The position numbers and the translations under genes were made by a program. The notes below the pieces were generated by a model. That model did no database searches. It saw nothing but the letters and a program-made list of their open reading frames with translations, and was not told the origin of the DNA. A stretch of 64,000 bases of DNA from Eledone cirrhosa (taxonomy: Eukaryota), in NCBI GenBank assembly GCA_964016885.1, contig OZ024740.1, positions 416,020,001 to 416,084,000 on the forward strand, given 5' to 3'. The stretch's first letter is position 1; the number at the start of each line of letters is the position of its first letter. Below are positions 14,230 to 30,645 of the stretch, one piece after another.

Positions 14230-17200
14230 TAGAATTGCTAAATTTATTAACTACTGAAATCTTTAGAATTGCTAAACGTATTTACTACTCAAACCTTTAG
14301 AATTGCTAAAAAAATTTACTACTCAAACCTTTAGAATTGCTAAATTTATTACTACTCAAACCTTTAGAATTGCTAAATTTATTAACTACTCAAACCTTTA
14401 GAATTGGTAAATTTATTTACTACTCAAACCTTTAGAATTGCTAAATTTATTTACTACTCAAACCTTTTGAATTGCTAAATTTATTCACTACTCAAACCTT
14501 TAGAATTGCTAAATTTATTTACTACTCAAACCTTTAGAATTACTAAATTTATTAACTACTCAAATCTTTAGAATTGCTCAAATTATTTACTACTCAAACC
14601 TTTAGAATTGCTAAATTTATTTACTATTGAAACCTTTAGAATTGCTAAATTAATTTACTACTCAAACCTTTAGAATTGCTAAATGTATTTACTACTCACA
14701 CTTTTAGAATTGTTAAATTTATTTACTACTCAAACCTTTAGAATTGCTAAACTTATTTACTACTCAAACCTTTAGAATTGCTAAATTTATTTACTATTCA
14801 AACCTATAGAATTGCTAAAATTATTTACTACTCAAACCTTTAGAATTGCTAAAAAAATGTACTACTCAAACCTTTAGAATTGCTAAATTTATTACTACTC
14901 AAACCTTTAGAATTGCTAAATTTATTAACTACTCAAACCTTTAGAATTGCTAAATTTATTTACTACTCAAACCTTTAGAATTGCTAAATTTATTTACTAC
15001 TCAAACCTTTTGAATTGCTAAATTTATTCACTACTCAAACCTTTAGAATTGCTAAATTTATTTACTACTCAAACCTTTAGAATTACTAAATTTATTAACT
15101 ACTCAAACCTTTAGAATTGCTCAAATTATTTACTACTCAACCTTTAGAATTGCTAAATTTATTTACTATTGAAACCTTTAGAATTGCTAAATTTATTTAC
15201 TACTCAAACCTTTAGAATTGCTAAATGTATTTACTACTCACACTTTTAGAATTGCTAAATTTATTTACTACTCAAACCTTTAGAATTGCTAAATTTATTT
15301 ACTACTCAAACCTTTAGAATTGCTAAATTTATTAACTATTCAAACCTATAGAATTGCTAAAATTATTTACTACTCAAACCTTTAGAATTGCTAAATTTAT
15401 TTACTACTCAAACCTTTAGAATTGATAAATTTATTTACTACTCAAACCTTTAGAATTGCTAAATTTATTAACTACTCAAACCTTTAGAATTGCTAAATGT
15501 ATTTACTACTCAAATCTTTGGAATTGCTAAATTTATTTACTACTCAAACCTTTAGAATTGCTAAATTTATTTACTACTCAAATCTTTTGAATTGATGAAT
15601 TTATTTACTACTCAAACCTTTAGAATTGCTAAATTTATTTACTACTCAAACCTTTAGAATTGCTAAATTTATTACTACTCAAACCTTTAGAATTGCTAAA
15701 TTTATTAACTACTCAAACCTTTAGAATTGCTAAATTTATTCACTACTCAACCTTTAGAATTGCTAAATTTATTCACTACTCAAACCTTTTGAATTGCTAA
15801 ATTTATTACTACTCAAACCTTTAGAATTGTTAAATTTATTAACTACTCAAACCTTTAGAATTGCTAAATTTATTTACTACTCAAACCTTTAGAATTGCTA
15901 AATTTATTCACTACTCAAACCTTTAGAATTGCTAAATTTATTCACTACTCAAACCTTTTGAATTGCTAAATTTATTTACTACTCAAACCTTTAGAATTGC
16001 TAAATTTATTAACTACTCAAATCTTTAGAATTGCTCAAATTATTTACTACTCAAACCTTTAGAATTGCTAAATTTATTTACTATTCAAACCTTTAGAATT
16101 GCTAAATTTATTTACTACTCAAACCTTTAGAATTGCCAAATGTATTTACTACTAACACCTTTAGAATTGCTAAATTTATTTACTACTCAAACCTTTAGAA
16201 TTGCTAAATTTATTTACTACTCAAACCATTAGAATTGATGAATTTATTTACTACTCAAACCTTTAGAATTGCTAAATTTATTTACTACTCAAACCTTTAG
16301 AATTGCTAAATTTATTACTAGTCAAACCTTTAGAATTTCTAACTTTATTAACTACTCAAACCTTTAGAATTGCTAAATTTATTTACTACTCAAACCTTTA
16401 GAATTGCTAAATTTATTTACTACTCAAACCTTTTGAATTGCTAAATTTATTCACTACTCAAACCTTTAGAATTGCTAAATTTATTCACTACTCAAATCTT
16501 TAGAATTGCTAAATTTATTTCCTACTCAAACCTTTAGAATTGCTGAATTTATTTACTACTCAAACCTTTAGAATTGCTAAATTTATTTACTACTCAAACC
16601 TTTAGAATTGCTAAATTTATTAACTATTCGATCCTATAGAATTGCTAAAATTATTTACTACTCAAACCTTTAGAATTGCTAAATTTATTTACTACTCAAA
16701 CCTTTAGAATTGATAAATTTATTTACTACTCAAACCTTTAGAATTGCTAAATTTATTTACTATTCAATCCTTTAGAATTGCTAAATTTATTTACTACTCA
16801 AACCTTTAGAATTGCTAAATTTATTTACTACTCAAACCTTTAGAATTGCTAAATTTATTAACTACTCAAACCTTTAGAATTGCTAAATTTATTTACTACT
16901 CAAACCTTTTGAATTGCTAAATTTATTCACTACTCAAACCTTTAGAATTGCTAAATTTATTAACTACTGAAATCTTTAGAATTGCTAAACGTATTTACTA
17001 CTCAAACCTTTAGAATTGCTAAAAAAATTTACTACTCAAACCTTTAGAATTGCTAAATTTATTACTACTCAAACCTTTAGAATTGCTAAATTTATTAACT
17101 ACTCAAACCTTTAGAATTGCTAAATTTATTTACTACTCAAACCTTTAGAATTGCTAAATTTATTTACTACTCAAACCTTTTGAATTGCTAAATTTATTCA

Positions 17201-20200
17201 CTACTCAAACCTTTAGAATTGCTAAATTTATTTACTACTCAAACCTTTAGAATTACTAAATATATTAACTACTCAAATCTTTAGAATTGCTCAAATTATT
17301 TACTACTCAAACCTTTAGAATTGCTAAATTTATTTACTATTGAAACCTTTAGAATTGCTAAATTAATTTACTACTCAAACCTTTAGAATTGCTAAATGTA
17401 TTTACTACTCACACTTTTAGAATTGTTAAATTTATTTACTACTCAAACCTTTAGAATTGCTAAACTTATTTACTACTCAAACCTTTAGAATTGCTAAATT
17501 TATTTACTATTCAAACCTATAGAATTGCTAAAATTATTTACTACTCAAACCTTTAGAATTGCTAAAAAAAATTACTACTCAAACCTTTAGAATTGCTAAA
17601 TTTATTACTACTCAAACCTTTAGAATTGCTAAATTTATTAACTACTCAAACCTTTAGAATTGCTAAATTTATTTACTACTCAAACCTTTAGAATTGCTAA
17701 ATTTATTTACTACTCAAACCTTTTGAATTGCTAAATTTATTCACTACTCAAACCTTTAGAATTGCTAAATTTATTTACTACTCAAACCTTTAGAATTACT
17801 AAATTTATTAACTACTCAAACCTTTAGAATTGCTCAAATTATTTACTACTCAACCTTTAGAATTGCTAAATTTATTTACTATTGAAACCTTTAGAATTGC
17901 TAAATTTATTTACTACTCAAACCTTTAGAATTGCTAAATGTATTTACTACTCACACTTTTAGAATTGCTAAATTTATTTACTACTCAAACCTTTAGAATT
18001 GCTAAATTTATTTACTACTCAAACCTTTAGAATTGCTAAATTTATTAACTATTCAAACCTATAGAATTGCTAAAATTATTTACTACTCAAACCTTTAGAA
18101 TTGCTAAATTTATTTACTACTCAAACCTTTAGAATTGATAAATTTATTTACTACTCAAACCTTTAGAATTGCTAAATTTATTAACTACTCAAACCTTTAG
18201 AATTGCTAAATGTATTTACTACTCAAATCTTTGGAATTGCTAAATTTATTTACTACTCAAACCTTTAGAATTGCTAAATTTATTTACTACTCAAATCTTT
18301 TGAATTGATGAATTTATTTACTACTCAAACCTTTAGAATTGCTAAATTTATTTACTACTCAAACCTTTAGAATTGCTAAATTTATTACTACTCAAACCTT
18401 TAGAATTGCTAAATTTATTAACTACTCAAACCTTTAGAATTGCTAAATTTATTCACTACTCAACCTTTAGAATTGCTAAATTTATTCACTACTCAAACCT
18501 TTTGAATTGCTAAATTTATTACTACTCAAACCTTTAGAATTGTTAAATTTATTAACTACTCAAACCTTTAGAATTGCTAAATTTATTTACTACTCAAACC
18601 TTTAGAATTGCTAAATTTATTCACTACTCAAACCTTTAGAATTGCTAAATTTATTCACTACTCAAACCTTTTGAATTGCTAAATTTATTTACTACTCAAA
18701 CCTTTAGAATTGCTAAATTTATTAACTACTCAAATCTTTAGAATTGCTCAAATTATTTACTACTCAAACCTTTAGAATTGCTAAATTTATTTACTATTCA
18801 AACCTTTAGAATTGCTAAATTTATTTACTACTCAAACCTTTAGAATTGCCAAATGTATTTACTACTAACACCTTTAGAATTGCTAAATTTATTTACTACT
18901 CAAACCTTTAGAATTGCTAAATTTATTTACTACTCAAACCATTAGAATTGATGAATTTATTTACTACTCAAACCTTTAGAATTGCTAAATTTATTTACTA
19001 CTCAAACCTTTAGAATTGCTAAATTTATTACTAGTCAAACCTTTAGAATTTCTAACTTTATTAACTACTCAAACCTTTAGAATTGCTAAATTTATTTACT
19101 ACTCAAACCTTTAGAATTGCTAAATTTATTTACTACTCAAACCTTTTGAATTGCTAAATTTATTCACTACTCAAACCTTTAGAATTGCTAAATTTATTCA
19201 CTACTCAAATCTTTAGAATTGCTAAATTTATTTCCTACTCAAACCTTTAGAATTGCTGAATTTATTTACTACTCAAACCTTTAGAATTGCTAAATTTATT
19301 TACTACTCAAACCTTTAGAATTGCTAAATTTATTAACTATTCGATCCTATAGAATTGCTAAAATTATTTACTACTCAAACCTTTAGAATTGCTAAATTTA
19401 TTTACTACTCAAACCTTTAGAATTGATAAATTTATTTACTACTCAAACCTTTAGAATTGCTAAATTTATTTACTATTCAATCCTTTAGAATTGCTAAATT
19501 TATTTACTACTCAAACCTTTAGAATTGCTAAATTTATTTACTACTCAAACCTTTAGAATTGCTAAATTTATTAACTACTCAAACCTTTAGAATTGCTAAA
19601 TTTATTTACTACTCAAACCTTTTGAATTGCTAAATTTATTCACTACTCAAACCTTTAGAATTGCTAAATTTATTAACTACTGAAATCTTTAGAATTGCTA
19701 AACGTATTTACTACTCAAACCTTTAGAATTGCTAAAAAAATTTACTACTCAAACCTTTAGAATTGCTAAATTTATTACTACTCAAACCTTTAGAATTGCT
19801 AAATTTATTAACTACTCAAACCTTTAGAATTGCTAAATTTATTTACTACTCAAACCTTTAGAATTGCTAAATTTATTTACTACTCAAACCTTTTGAATTG
19901 CTAAATTTATTCACTACTCAAACCTTTAGAATTGCTAAATTTATTTACTACTCAAACCTTTAGAATTACTAAATTTATTAACTACTCAAATCTTTAGAAT
20001 TGCTCAAATTATTTCATACTCAAACCTTTAGAATTGGTAAATTTATTTACTATTGAAACCTTTAGAATTGCTAAATTAATTTACTACTCAAACCTTTAGA
20101 ATTGCTAAATGTATTTACTACTCACACTTTTAGAATTGTTAAATTTATTTACTACTCAAACCTTTAGAATTGCTAAACTTATTTACTACTCAAACCTTTA

Positions 20201-22500
20201 GAATTGCTAAATTTATTTACTATTCAAACCTATAGAATTGCTAAAATTATTTACTACTCAAACCTTTAGAATTGCTAAAAAAAATTACTACTCAAACCTT
20301 TAGAATTGCTAAATTTATTACTACTCAAACCTTTAGAATTGCTAAATTTATTAACTACTCAAACCTTTAGAATTGCTAAATTTATTTACTACTCAAACCT
20401 TTAGAATTGCTAAATTTATTTACTACTCAAACCTTTTGAATTGCTAAATTTATTCACTACTCAAACCTTTAGAATTGCTAAATTTATTTACTACTCAAAC
20501 CTTTAGAATTACTAAATTTATTAACTACTCAAACCTTTAGAATTGCTCAAATTATTTACTACTCAACCTTTAGAATTGCTAAATTTATTTACTATTGAAA
20601 CCTTTAGAATTGCTAAATTTATTTACTACTCAAACCTTTAGAATTGCTAAATGTATTTACTACTCACACTTTTAGAATTGCTAAATTTATTTACTACTCA
20701 AACCTTTAGAATTGCTAAATTTATTTACTACTCAAACCTTTAGAATTGCTAAATTTATTAACTATTCAAACCTATAGAATTGCTAAAATTATTTACTACT
20801 CAAACCTTTAGAATTGCTAAATTTATTTACTACTCAAACCTTTAGAATTGATAAATTTATTTACTACTCAAACCTTTAGAATTGCTAAATTTATTTACTA
20901 TTCAATCCTTTAGAATTGCTAAATTTATTTACTACTCAAACCTTTAGAATTGCTAAATTTATTCACTACTCAAACCTTTAGAATTGCTAAATTTATTTAC
21001 TACTCAAACCTTTAGAATTGCTAAATTTATTTACTATTCAAACCTTTAGAATTGCTAAATTTATTAACTACTCAAACCTTTAGAATTGCTAAATGTATTT
21101 ACTACTCAAATCTTTGGAATTGCTAAATTTATTTACTACTCAAACCTTTAGAATTGCTAAATTTATTTACTACTCAAACCTTTTGAATTGATGAATTTAT
21201 TTACTACTCAAACCTTTAGAATTGCTAAATTTATTTACTACTCAAACCTTTAGAATTGCTAAATTTATTACTACTCAAACCTTTAGAATTGCTAAATTTA
21301 TTAACTACTCAAACCTTTAGAATTGCTAAATTTATTCACTACTCAACCTTTAGAATTGCTAAATTTATTCACTACTCAAACCTTTTGAATTGCTAAATTT
21401 ATTACTACTCAAACCTTTAGAATTGTTAAATTTATTAACTACTCAAACCTTTAGAATTGCTAAATTTATTTACTACTCAAACCTTTAGAATTGCTAAATT
21501 TATTCACTACTCAAACCTTTAGAATTGCTAAATTTATTCACTACTCAAACCTTTTGAATTGCTAAATTTATTTACTACTCAAACCTTTAGAATTGCTAAA
21601 TTTATTAACTACTCAAATCTTTAGAATTGCTCAAATTATTTACTACTCAAACCTTTAGAATTGCTAAATTTATTTACTATTCAAACCTTTAGAATTGCTA
21701 AATTTATTTACTACTCAAACCTTTAGAATTGCCAAATGTATTTACTACTAACACATTTAGAATTGCTAAATTTAGTTACTACTCAAACCTTTAGAATTGC
21801 TAAATTTATTTACTACTCAAACCATTAGAATTGATGAATTTATTTACTACTCAAACCTTTAGAATTGCTAAATTTATTTACTACTCAAACCTTTAGAATT
21901 GCTAAATTTATTACTAGTCAAACCTTTAGAATTTCTAACTTTATTAACTACTCAAACCTTTAGAATTGCTAAATTTATTTACTACTCAAACCTTTAGAAT
22001 TGCTAAATTTATTTACTACTCAAACCTTTTGAATTGCTAAATTTATTCACTACTCAAACCTTTAGAATTGCTAAATTTATTCACTACTCAAATCTTTAGA
22101 ATTGCTAAATTTATTTCCTACTCAAACCTTTAGAATTGCTGAATTTATTTACTACTCAAACCTTTAGAATTGCTAAATTTATTTACTACTCAAACCTTTA
22201 GAATTGCTAAATTTATTAACTATTCGAACCTATAGAATTGCTAAAATTATTTACTACTCAAACCTTTAGAATTGCTAAATTTATTTACTACTCAAACCTT
22301 TAGAATTGATAAATTTATTTACTACTCAAACCTTTAGAATTGCTAAATTTATTTACTATTCAATCCTTTAGAATTGCTAAATTTATTTACTACTCAAACC
22401 TTTAGAATTGCTAAATTTATTTACTACTCAAACCTTTAGAATTGCTAAATTTATTAACTACTCAAACCTTTAGAATTGCTAAATTTATTTACTACTCAAA
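14230..22500 (+). repeat. Tandem triplication of a 2713-bp (~80-monomer) unit; the third copy is 170 bp longer
   Basis: TGAAATCTTT at 14255, 16968 and 19681 (offset 2713 each). AACTTT (TTTCTAACTTT variant) at 16341, 19054 and 21937. TCGA at 16628, 19341 and 22224 (offsets 2713 and 2883). Confidence 0.9.
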
Positions 22501-24230
22501 CCTTTAGAATTGCTAAATTTATTTCATACTCAAACCTTTAGAATTGGTAAATTTATTCACTACTCAAACCTTTAGAATTGCTAAATTTATTTACTACTCA
22601 AACCTTTAGAATTGCTAAATTTATTAACTACTCAAACCTTCAGAATTGCTAAATTTATTAACTACTCAAACCTTTAGAATTGCTACATTTATTTCATACT
22701 CAAACCTTTAGAATTGGTAAATTTATTCACTACTCAAACCTTCAGAATTGCTAAATTTATTTACTACTCAAACCTTTAGAATTGCTAAATTTATTAACTA
22801 CTCAAACCTTCAGAATTGCTAAATTTATTAACTACTCAAACCTTTAGAATTGCTAAATTTATTTACTACTCAAACCTTTAGTATTGCTATATTTATTACT
22901 ACTCAAACCTTTAGAATTGCTAAATTTATTAACTACTCAAACCTTTAGAATTTCTAAATTTATTTACTACTCAAACCTTTAGAATTGCTAAATTTATTTA
23001 CTATTCAAACCTTTAGAATTGATGAATTTATTTACTACTCAAACCTTTAGAATTGCTAAATTTATTTACTACTCAAACCTTTAGAATTGCTAAATTTATT
23101 ACTACGCAAACCTTTAGAATTGCTAAATTTATTAACTACTCAAACCTTTAGAATTGCTAAATTTATTTACTACTCAAACCTTTAGAATTGCTAAATTTAT
23201 TCACTACTCAAACCTTTAGAATTGCTAAATTTATTCACTACTCAAACCTTTAGAATTTACTAAATTTATTTCCTACTCAAACCTTTAGAATTGCTAAATT
23301 TATTTACTACTAAAACCTTTAGAATTGCTAAATTTATTTACTACTCAAACCTTTAGAATTGCTAAATTTATTAACTATTCAAACCTATAGAATTGCTAAA
23401 ATTATTTACTACTCAAACCTTTAGAATTGCTAAATTTATTTACTACTCAAACCTTTAGAATTGATAAATTTATTTACTACTCAAACCTTTAGAATTGCTA
23501 AATTTATTTACTATTCAATCCTTTAGAATTGCTAAATTTATTTACTACTCAAACCTTTAGAATTGCTAAATTTATTTACTACTCAAACCTTTAGAATTGC
23601 TAAATTTATTAACTACTCAAACCTTTAGAATTGCTAAATTTATTTACTACTCAAACCTTTAGAATTGCTAAATTTATTTCATACTCAAACCTTTAGAATT
23701 GGTAAATTTATTCAGTACTCAAACCTTTAGAATTGCTAAATTTATTTACTACTCAAACCTTTAGAATTGCTAAATTTATTAACTACTCAAACCTTCAGAA
23801 TTGCTAAATTTATTAACTACTCAAACCTTTAGAATTGCTAAATTTATTTACTACTCAAACCTTTAGTATTGCTATATTTATTACTACTCAAACCTTTAGA
23901 ATTGCTAAATTTATTAACTACTCAAACCTTTAGAATTGCTAAATTTATTTACTACTCAAACCTTTAGAATTGCTAAATTTATTTACTATTCAAACCTTTA
24001 GAATTGATGAATTTATTTACTACTCAAACCTTTAGAATTGCTAAATTTATTTACTACTGAAACCTTTAGAATTGCGAAATTTATTACTACGCAAACCTTT
24101 AGAATTGCTAAATTTATTAACTACTCAAACCTTTAGAATTGATAAATTTATTTACTACTCAAACCTTTAGAATTGCTAAATTTATTCACTACTCAAACCT
24201 TTAGAATTGCTAAATTTATTCACTACTCAA
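22250..24230 (+). repeat. 985-bp (29-monomer) tandem duplication with an internal 170-bp (5-monomer) duplication
   Basis: GTATTGCTAT at 22881 and 23866, and ACTACGC at 23101 and 24086 (offset 985). ATTTCATACT at 22521 and 22691 (offset 170). Confidence 0.85.
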
Positions 24231-27200
24231 ACCTTTTGAATTGCTAAATTTATTTACTACTCAAACCTATAGAATTGCTAAATTTATTTACTATTCAAAC
24301 CTTTAGAATTGCTAAATTTATTTACTAGTCACACCTTTAGAATTGCTAAATGTATTTACTACTCACACCTTTAGAATTGCTAAATTTATTTACTAATCGA
24401 ACCTTTAGAATTGCTAAATTTATTTACTATTCAAACCTTTAGAATTGCTAAATTTATTTACTAGTCACACCTTTAGAATTGCTAAATGTATTTACTACTC
24501 ATACCTTTAGAATTGCTAAATTTATTTACTACTCAAACCTTTAGAATTGCTAAATTTATTTACTACTCAAACCTTTAGAATTGCTAAATTTATTAACTAC
24601 TCAAACCTTTAGAATTGCTAAATGATTTACTACTCAAACCTTTTGAATTGCTATATTTATTACTACTTAAACCTTTAGAATTGCTAAATTTATTAACTAC
24701 TCAAACCTTTAGAATTGCTAAATTTATTTACTACTCAAACCTTTAGAATTGCTAAATTTATTCACTACTCAAACCTTTAGAATTGCTAAATTTATTCACT
24801 ACTCAAACTTTTAGAATTGCTCAAATTATTTACTACTCAAACCTTTAGAATTGCTAAATTTATTTACTACTCAAACCTTTAGAATTGCTAAATTTATTTA
24901 CTACTCACACTTTTAGAATTGCTAAATTTATTTACTACTCAAACCTTTAGAATTGCTAAAAAATTTTACTACTCAAACCTTTAGAATTGCTAAATTTATT
25001 ACTACTCAAACATTTAGAATTGCTAAATTTATTAACTACTCAAACCTTTAGAATTGCTAAATTTATTTACTACTCAAACCTTTAGAATTGCTAAATTTAT
25101 TTATTACTCAAACCTTTTGAATTGCTAAATTTATTCACTACTCAAACCTTTAGAATTGCTAAATTTATTTACTACTCAAACCTTTAGAATTACTAAATTT
25201 ATTAACTACTCAAACCTTTAGAATTGCTCGAATTATTTACTACTCAACCTTTAGAATTGCTAAATTTATTTACTATTGAAACCTTTAGAATTGCTAAATT
25301 TATTTACTACTCAAACCTTTAGAATTGCTAAATGTATTTACTACTCACACTTTTAGAATTGCTAAATTTATTTACTACTCAAACCTTTAGAATTGCTAAA
25401 TTTATTACTACGCAAACCTTTAGAATTGCTAAATTTATTAACTACTCAAACCTTTAGAATTGCTAAATTTATTTACTACTCAAACCTTTAGAATTGCTAA
25501 ATTTATTCACTACTCAAACCTTTAGAATTGCTAAATTTATTCACTACTCAAACCTTTAGAATTTACTAAATTTATTTCCTACTCAAACCTTTAGAATTGC
25601 TAAATTTATTTACTACTCAAACCTTTAGAATTGCTAAATTTATTTACTACTCAAACCTTTAGAATTGCTAAATTTATTAACTATTCAAACCTATAGAATT
25701 GCTAAAATTATTTACTACTCAAACCTTTAGAATTGCTAAATTTATTTACTACTCAAACCTTTAGAATTGATAAATTTATTTACTACTCAAACCTTTAGAA
25801 TTGATAAATTTATTTACTATTCAATCCTTTAGAATTGCTAAATTTATTTACTACTCAAACCTTTAGAATTGCTAAATTTATTTACTACTCAAACCTTTAG
25901 AATTGCTAAATTTGTTAACTACTCAAACCTTTAGAGTTGCTAAATTTATTTACTACTCAAACCTTTAGAATTGCTAAATTTATTTCATACTCAAACCTTT
26001 AGAATTGCTAAATTTATTCACTACTCAAACCTTTAGAATTGCTAAATTTATTTACTACTCAAACCTTTAGAATTGCTAAATTTATTTACTACTCAAACCT
26101 TTAGTATTGCTATATTTATTACTACTCAAACCTTTAGAATTGCTAAATTTATTAACTACTCAAACCTTTAGAATTGCTAAATTTATTTACTACTCAAACC
26201 TTTAGAATTGCTAAATTTATTTACTATTCAAACATTTAGAATTGATGAATTTATTTACTACTCAAACCTTTAGAATTGCTAAATTTATTTACTACTCAAA
26301 CCTTTAGAATTGCTAAATTTATTACTACGCAAACCTTTAGAATTGCTAAATATATTAACTACTCAAACCTTTAGAATTGCTAAATTTATTTACTACTCAA
26401 ACCTTTAGAATTGCTAAATTTATTCACTACAAACCTTTAGAATTGCTAAATTTATTCACTACTCAAACCTTTTGAATTGCTAAATTTATTTACTACTCAA
26501 ACCTTTAGAATTGCTAAATTTATTTACTATTCAAACCTTTAGAATTGCTAAATTTATTTACTAGTCAAACCTTTAGAATTGCTAAATGTATTTACTACTC
26601 ACACCTTTAGAATTGCTAAATTTATTTACTAAACGAACCTTTAGAATTGCTAAATTTATTTACTATTCAAACCTTTAGAATTGCTAAATTTATTTACTAG
26701 TCACACCTTTAGAATTGCTAAATGTATTTACTACTCATACCTTTAGAATTGCTAAATTTATTTAATACTCAAACCTTTAGAATTGCTAAATTTATTTACT
26801 ACTCAAACCTTTAGAATTGCTAAATTTATTAACTACTCAAACCTTTAGAATTGCTAAATGATTTACACCTCAAACCTTTGGAATTGCTATATTTATTACT
26901 ACTCAAACCTTTAGAATTGCTAAATTTATTAACTACTCAAACCTTTAGAATTGCTAAATTTATTTACTACTCAAACCTTTAGAATTGCTAAATTTATTCA
27001 CTACTCAAACCTTTAGAATTGCTAAATTTATTCACTACTCAAACTTTTAGAATTGCTCAAATTATTTACTACTCAAACCTTTAGAATTGCTAAATTTATT
27101 TACTACTCAAACCTTTAGAATTGCTAAATTTATTTACTACTCAAACCATTAGAATTGATGAATTTATTTACTACTCAAACCTTTAGAATTGCTAAATTTA

Positions 27201-29584
27201 TTTACTACTCAAACCTTTAGAATTGCTAAATTTATTTACTACTCAAACTTTTGAATTGCTAAATTTATTCACTACTCAAACCTTTAGAATTGCTAAATTT
27301 ATTTACTACTCAAACCTTTAGAATTGCTAAATTTATTTACTACTCAAACCTTTTGAATTGCTAAATTTATTCACTACTCAAACCTTTAGAATTGCTAAAT
27401 TTATTTACTACTCAAACCTTTAGAATTACTAAATTTATTAACTACTCAAATCTTTAGAATTGCTCAAATTATTTACTACTCAAACCTTTAGAATTGCTAA
27501 ATTTATTTACTATTGAAACCTTTAGAATTGCTAAATTAATTTACTACTCAAACCTTTAGAATTGCTAAATGTATTTACTACTCACACTTTTAGAATTGCT
27601 AAATTTATTTACTACTCAAACCTTTAGAATTGCTAAACTTATTTACTACTCAAACCTTTAGAATTGCTAAATTTATTAACTATTCAAACCTATAGAATTG
27701 CTAAAATTATTTACTACTCAAACCTTTAGAATTGCTAAAATTTTTTACTACTTAAACCTTTAGAATTGCTGAATTTATTACTACTCAAACCTTTAGAATT
27801 GCTAAATTTATTAACTACTCAAACCTTTAGAATTGCTAAATTTATTTACTACTCAAACCTTTAGAATTGCTAAATTTATTTACTACTCAAACCTTTTGAA
27901 TTGCTAAATTTATTCACTACTCAAACCTTTAGAATTGCTAAATTTATTTACTACTCAAACCTTTAGAATTACTAAATTTATTAACTACTCAAACCTTTAG
28001 AATTGCTCAAATTATTTACTACTCAACCTTTAAAATTGCTAAATTTATTTACTATTGAAACCTTTAGAATTGCTAAATTTATTTACTACTCAAACCTTTA
28101 GAATTGCTAAATGTATTTACTACTCACACTTTTAGAATTGCTAAATTTATTTACTACTCAAACCTTTAGAATTGCTAAATTTATTAACTATTCAAACCTA
28201 TAGAATTGCTAAAATTATTTACTACTCAAACCTTTAGAATTGCTAAATTTATTTACTACTCAAACCTTTAGAATTGATAAATTTATTTACTACTCAAACC
28301 TTTAGAATTGCTAAATTTATTTACTATTCAATCCTTTAGAATTGCTAAATTTATTTACTACTCAAACCTTTAGAATTGCTAAATTTATTCACTACTCAAA
28401 CCTTTAGAATTGCTAAATTTATTTACTACTCAAACCTTTAGAATTGCTAAATTTATTTACTATTCAAACCTTTAGAATTGCTAAATTTATTAACTACTCA
28501 AACCTTTAGAATTGCTAAATGTATTTACTACTCAAATCTTTGGAATTGCTAAATTTATTTACTACTCAAACCTTTAGAATTGCTAAATTTATTTACTACT
28601 CAAACCTTTTGAATTGATGAATTTATTTACTACTCAAACCTTTAGAATTGCTAAATTTATTTACTACTCAAACCTTTAGAATCGCTAAATTTATTACTAC
28701 TCAAACCTTTAGAATTGCTAAATTTATTAACTACTCAAACCTTTAGAATTGCTAAATTTATTCACTACTCAACCTTTAGAATTGCTAAATTTATTCACTA
28801 CTCAAACCTTTTGAATTGCTAAATTTATTTACTACTCAAACCTTTAGAATTGCTAAATTTATTTACTATTCAAACCTTTAGAATTGCTAAATTTATTAAC
28901 TACTCAAACCTTTAGAATTGCTAAATGTATTTACTACTCAAACCTTTGGAATTGCTAAATTTATTACTACTCAAACCTTTAGAATTGCTAAATTTATTAA
29001 CTACTCAAACCTTTAGAATTGCTAAATTTATTTACTACTCAAACCTTTAGAATTGCTAAATTTATTCACTACTCAAACCTTTAGAATTGCTAAATTTATT
29101 CACTACTCAAACCTTTTGAATTGCTAAATTTATTTACTACTCAAACCTTTAGAATTGCTAAATTTATTAACTACTCAAATCTTTAGAATTGCTCAAATTA
29201 TTTACTACTCAAACCTTTAGAATTGCTAAATTTATTTACTATTCAAACCTTTAGAATTGCTAAATTTATTTACTACTCAAACCTTTAGAATTGCCAAATG
29301 TATTTACTACTAACACCTTTAGAATTGCTAAATTTATTTACTACTCAAACCTTCAGAATTGCTAAATTTATTTACTACTCAAACCTTTAGAATTGCTAAA
29401 TTTATTAACTACTCAAATCTTTAGAATTGTTAAACGTATTTACTACTCAAACCTTTGGAATTGCTAAATTTATTTACTACTCAAACCTTTAGAATTGCAA
29501 AATTTATTTACTACTCAAACCATTAGAATTGATGAATTTATTTACTACTCAAACCTTTAGAATTGCTAAATTTATTTACTACTC

Positions 29585-30645
29585 AAACCTTTAGAATTGC
29601 TAAATTTATTACTAGTCAAACCTTTAGAATTTCTAAATTTATTAACTACTCAAACCTTAAGAATTGCTAAATTTATTTACTACTCAAACCTTTAGAATTG
29701 CTAAATTTATTTACTACTCAAACCTTTTGAATTGCTAAATTTATTCACTACTCAAACCTTTAGAATTGCTAAATTTATTCACTACTCAAACCTTTAGAAT
29801 TGCTAAATTTATTTCCTGCTCAAACCTTTAGAATTGCTAAATTTATTTACTACTCAAACCTTTAGAATTGCTAAATTTATTTACTACTCAAACCTTTAGA
29901 ATTGCTAAATTTATTAACTATTCGAACCTATAGAATTGCTAAAATTATTTACTACTCAAACCTTTAGAATTGCTAAATTTATTTACTACTCAAACCTTTA
30001 GAATTGATAAATTTATTTACTACTCAAACCTTTAGAATTGCTAAATTTATTTACTATTCAATCCTTTAGAATTGCTAAATTTATTTACTACTCAAACCTT
30101 TAGAATTGCTAAATTTATTTACTACTCAAACCTTTAGAATTGCTAAATTTATTCACTACTCAAACCTTTAGAATTGCTAAATTTATTCACTACTCAAACT
30201 TTTAGAATTGCTCAAATTATTTACTACTCAAACCTTTAGAATTGCTAAATTTATTACTAGTCAAACCTTTAGAATTTCTAAATTTATTAACTACTCAAAC
30301 CTTTAGAATTGCTAAATTTATTTACTACTCAAACCTTTAGAATTGCTAAATTTATTTACTACTCAAACCTTTTGAATTGCTAAATTTATTCACTACTCAA
30401 ACCTTTAGAATTGCTAAATTTATTCACTACTCAAACCTTTAGAATTGCTAAATTTATTTCCTGCTCAAACCTTTAGAATTGCTAAATTTATTTACTACTC
30501 AAACCTTTAGAATTGCTAAATTTATTTACTACTCAAACCTTTAGAATTGCTAAATTTATTAACTATTCGAACCTATAGAATTGCTAAAATTATTTACTAC
30601 TCAAACCTTTAGAATTGCTAAATTTATTTACTACTCAAACCTTTA
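29585..30645 (+). repeat. Local duplication, offset 645 bp (19 monomers)
   Basis: CCTGCTC at 29815 and 30460. TCGAACC at 29922 and 30567. Confidence 0.8.
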
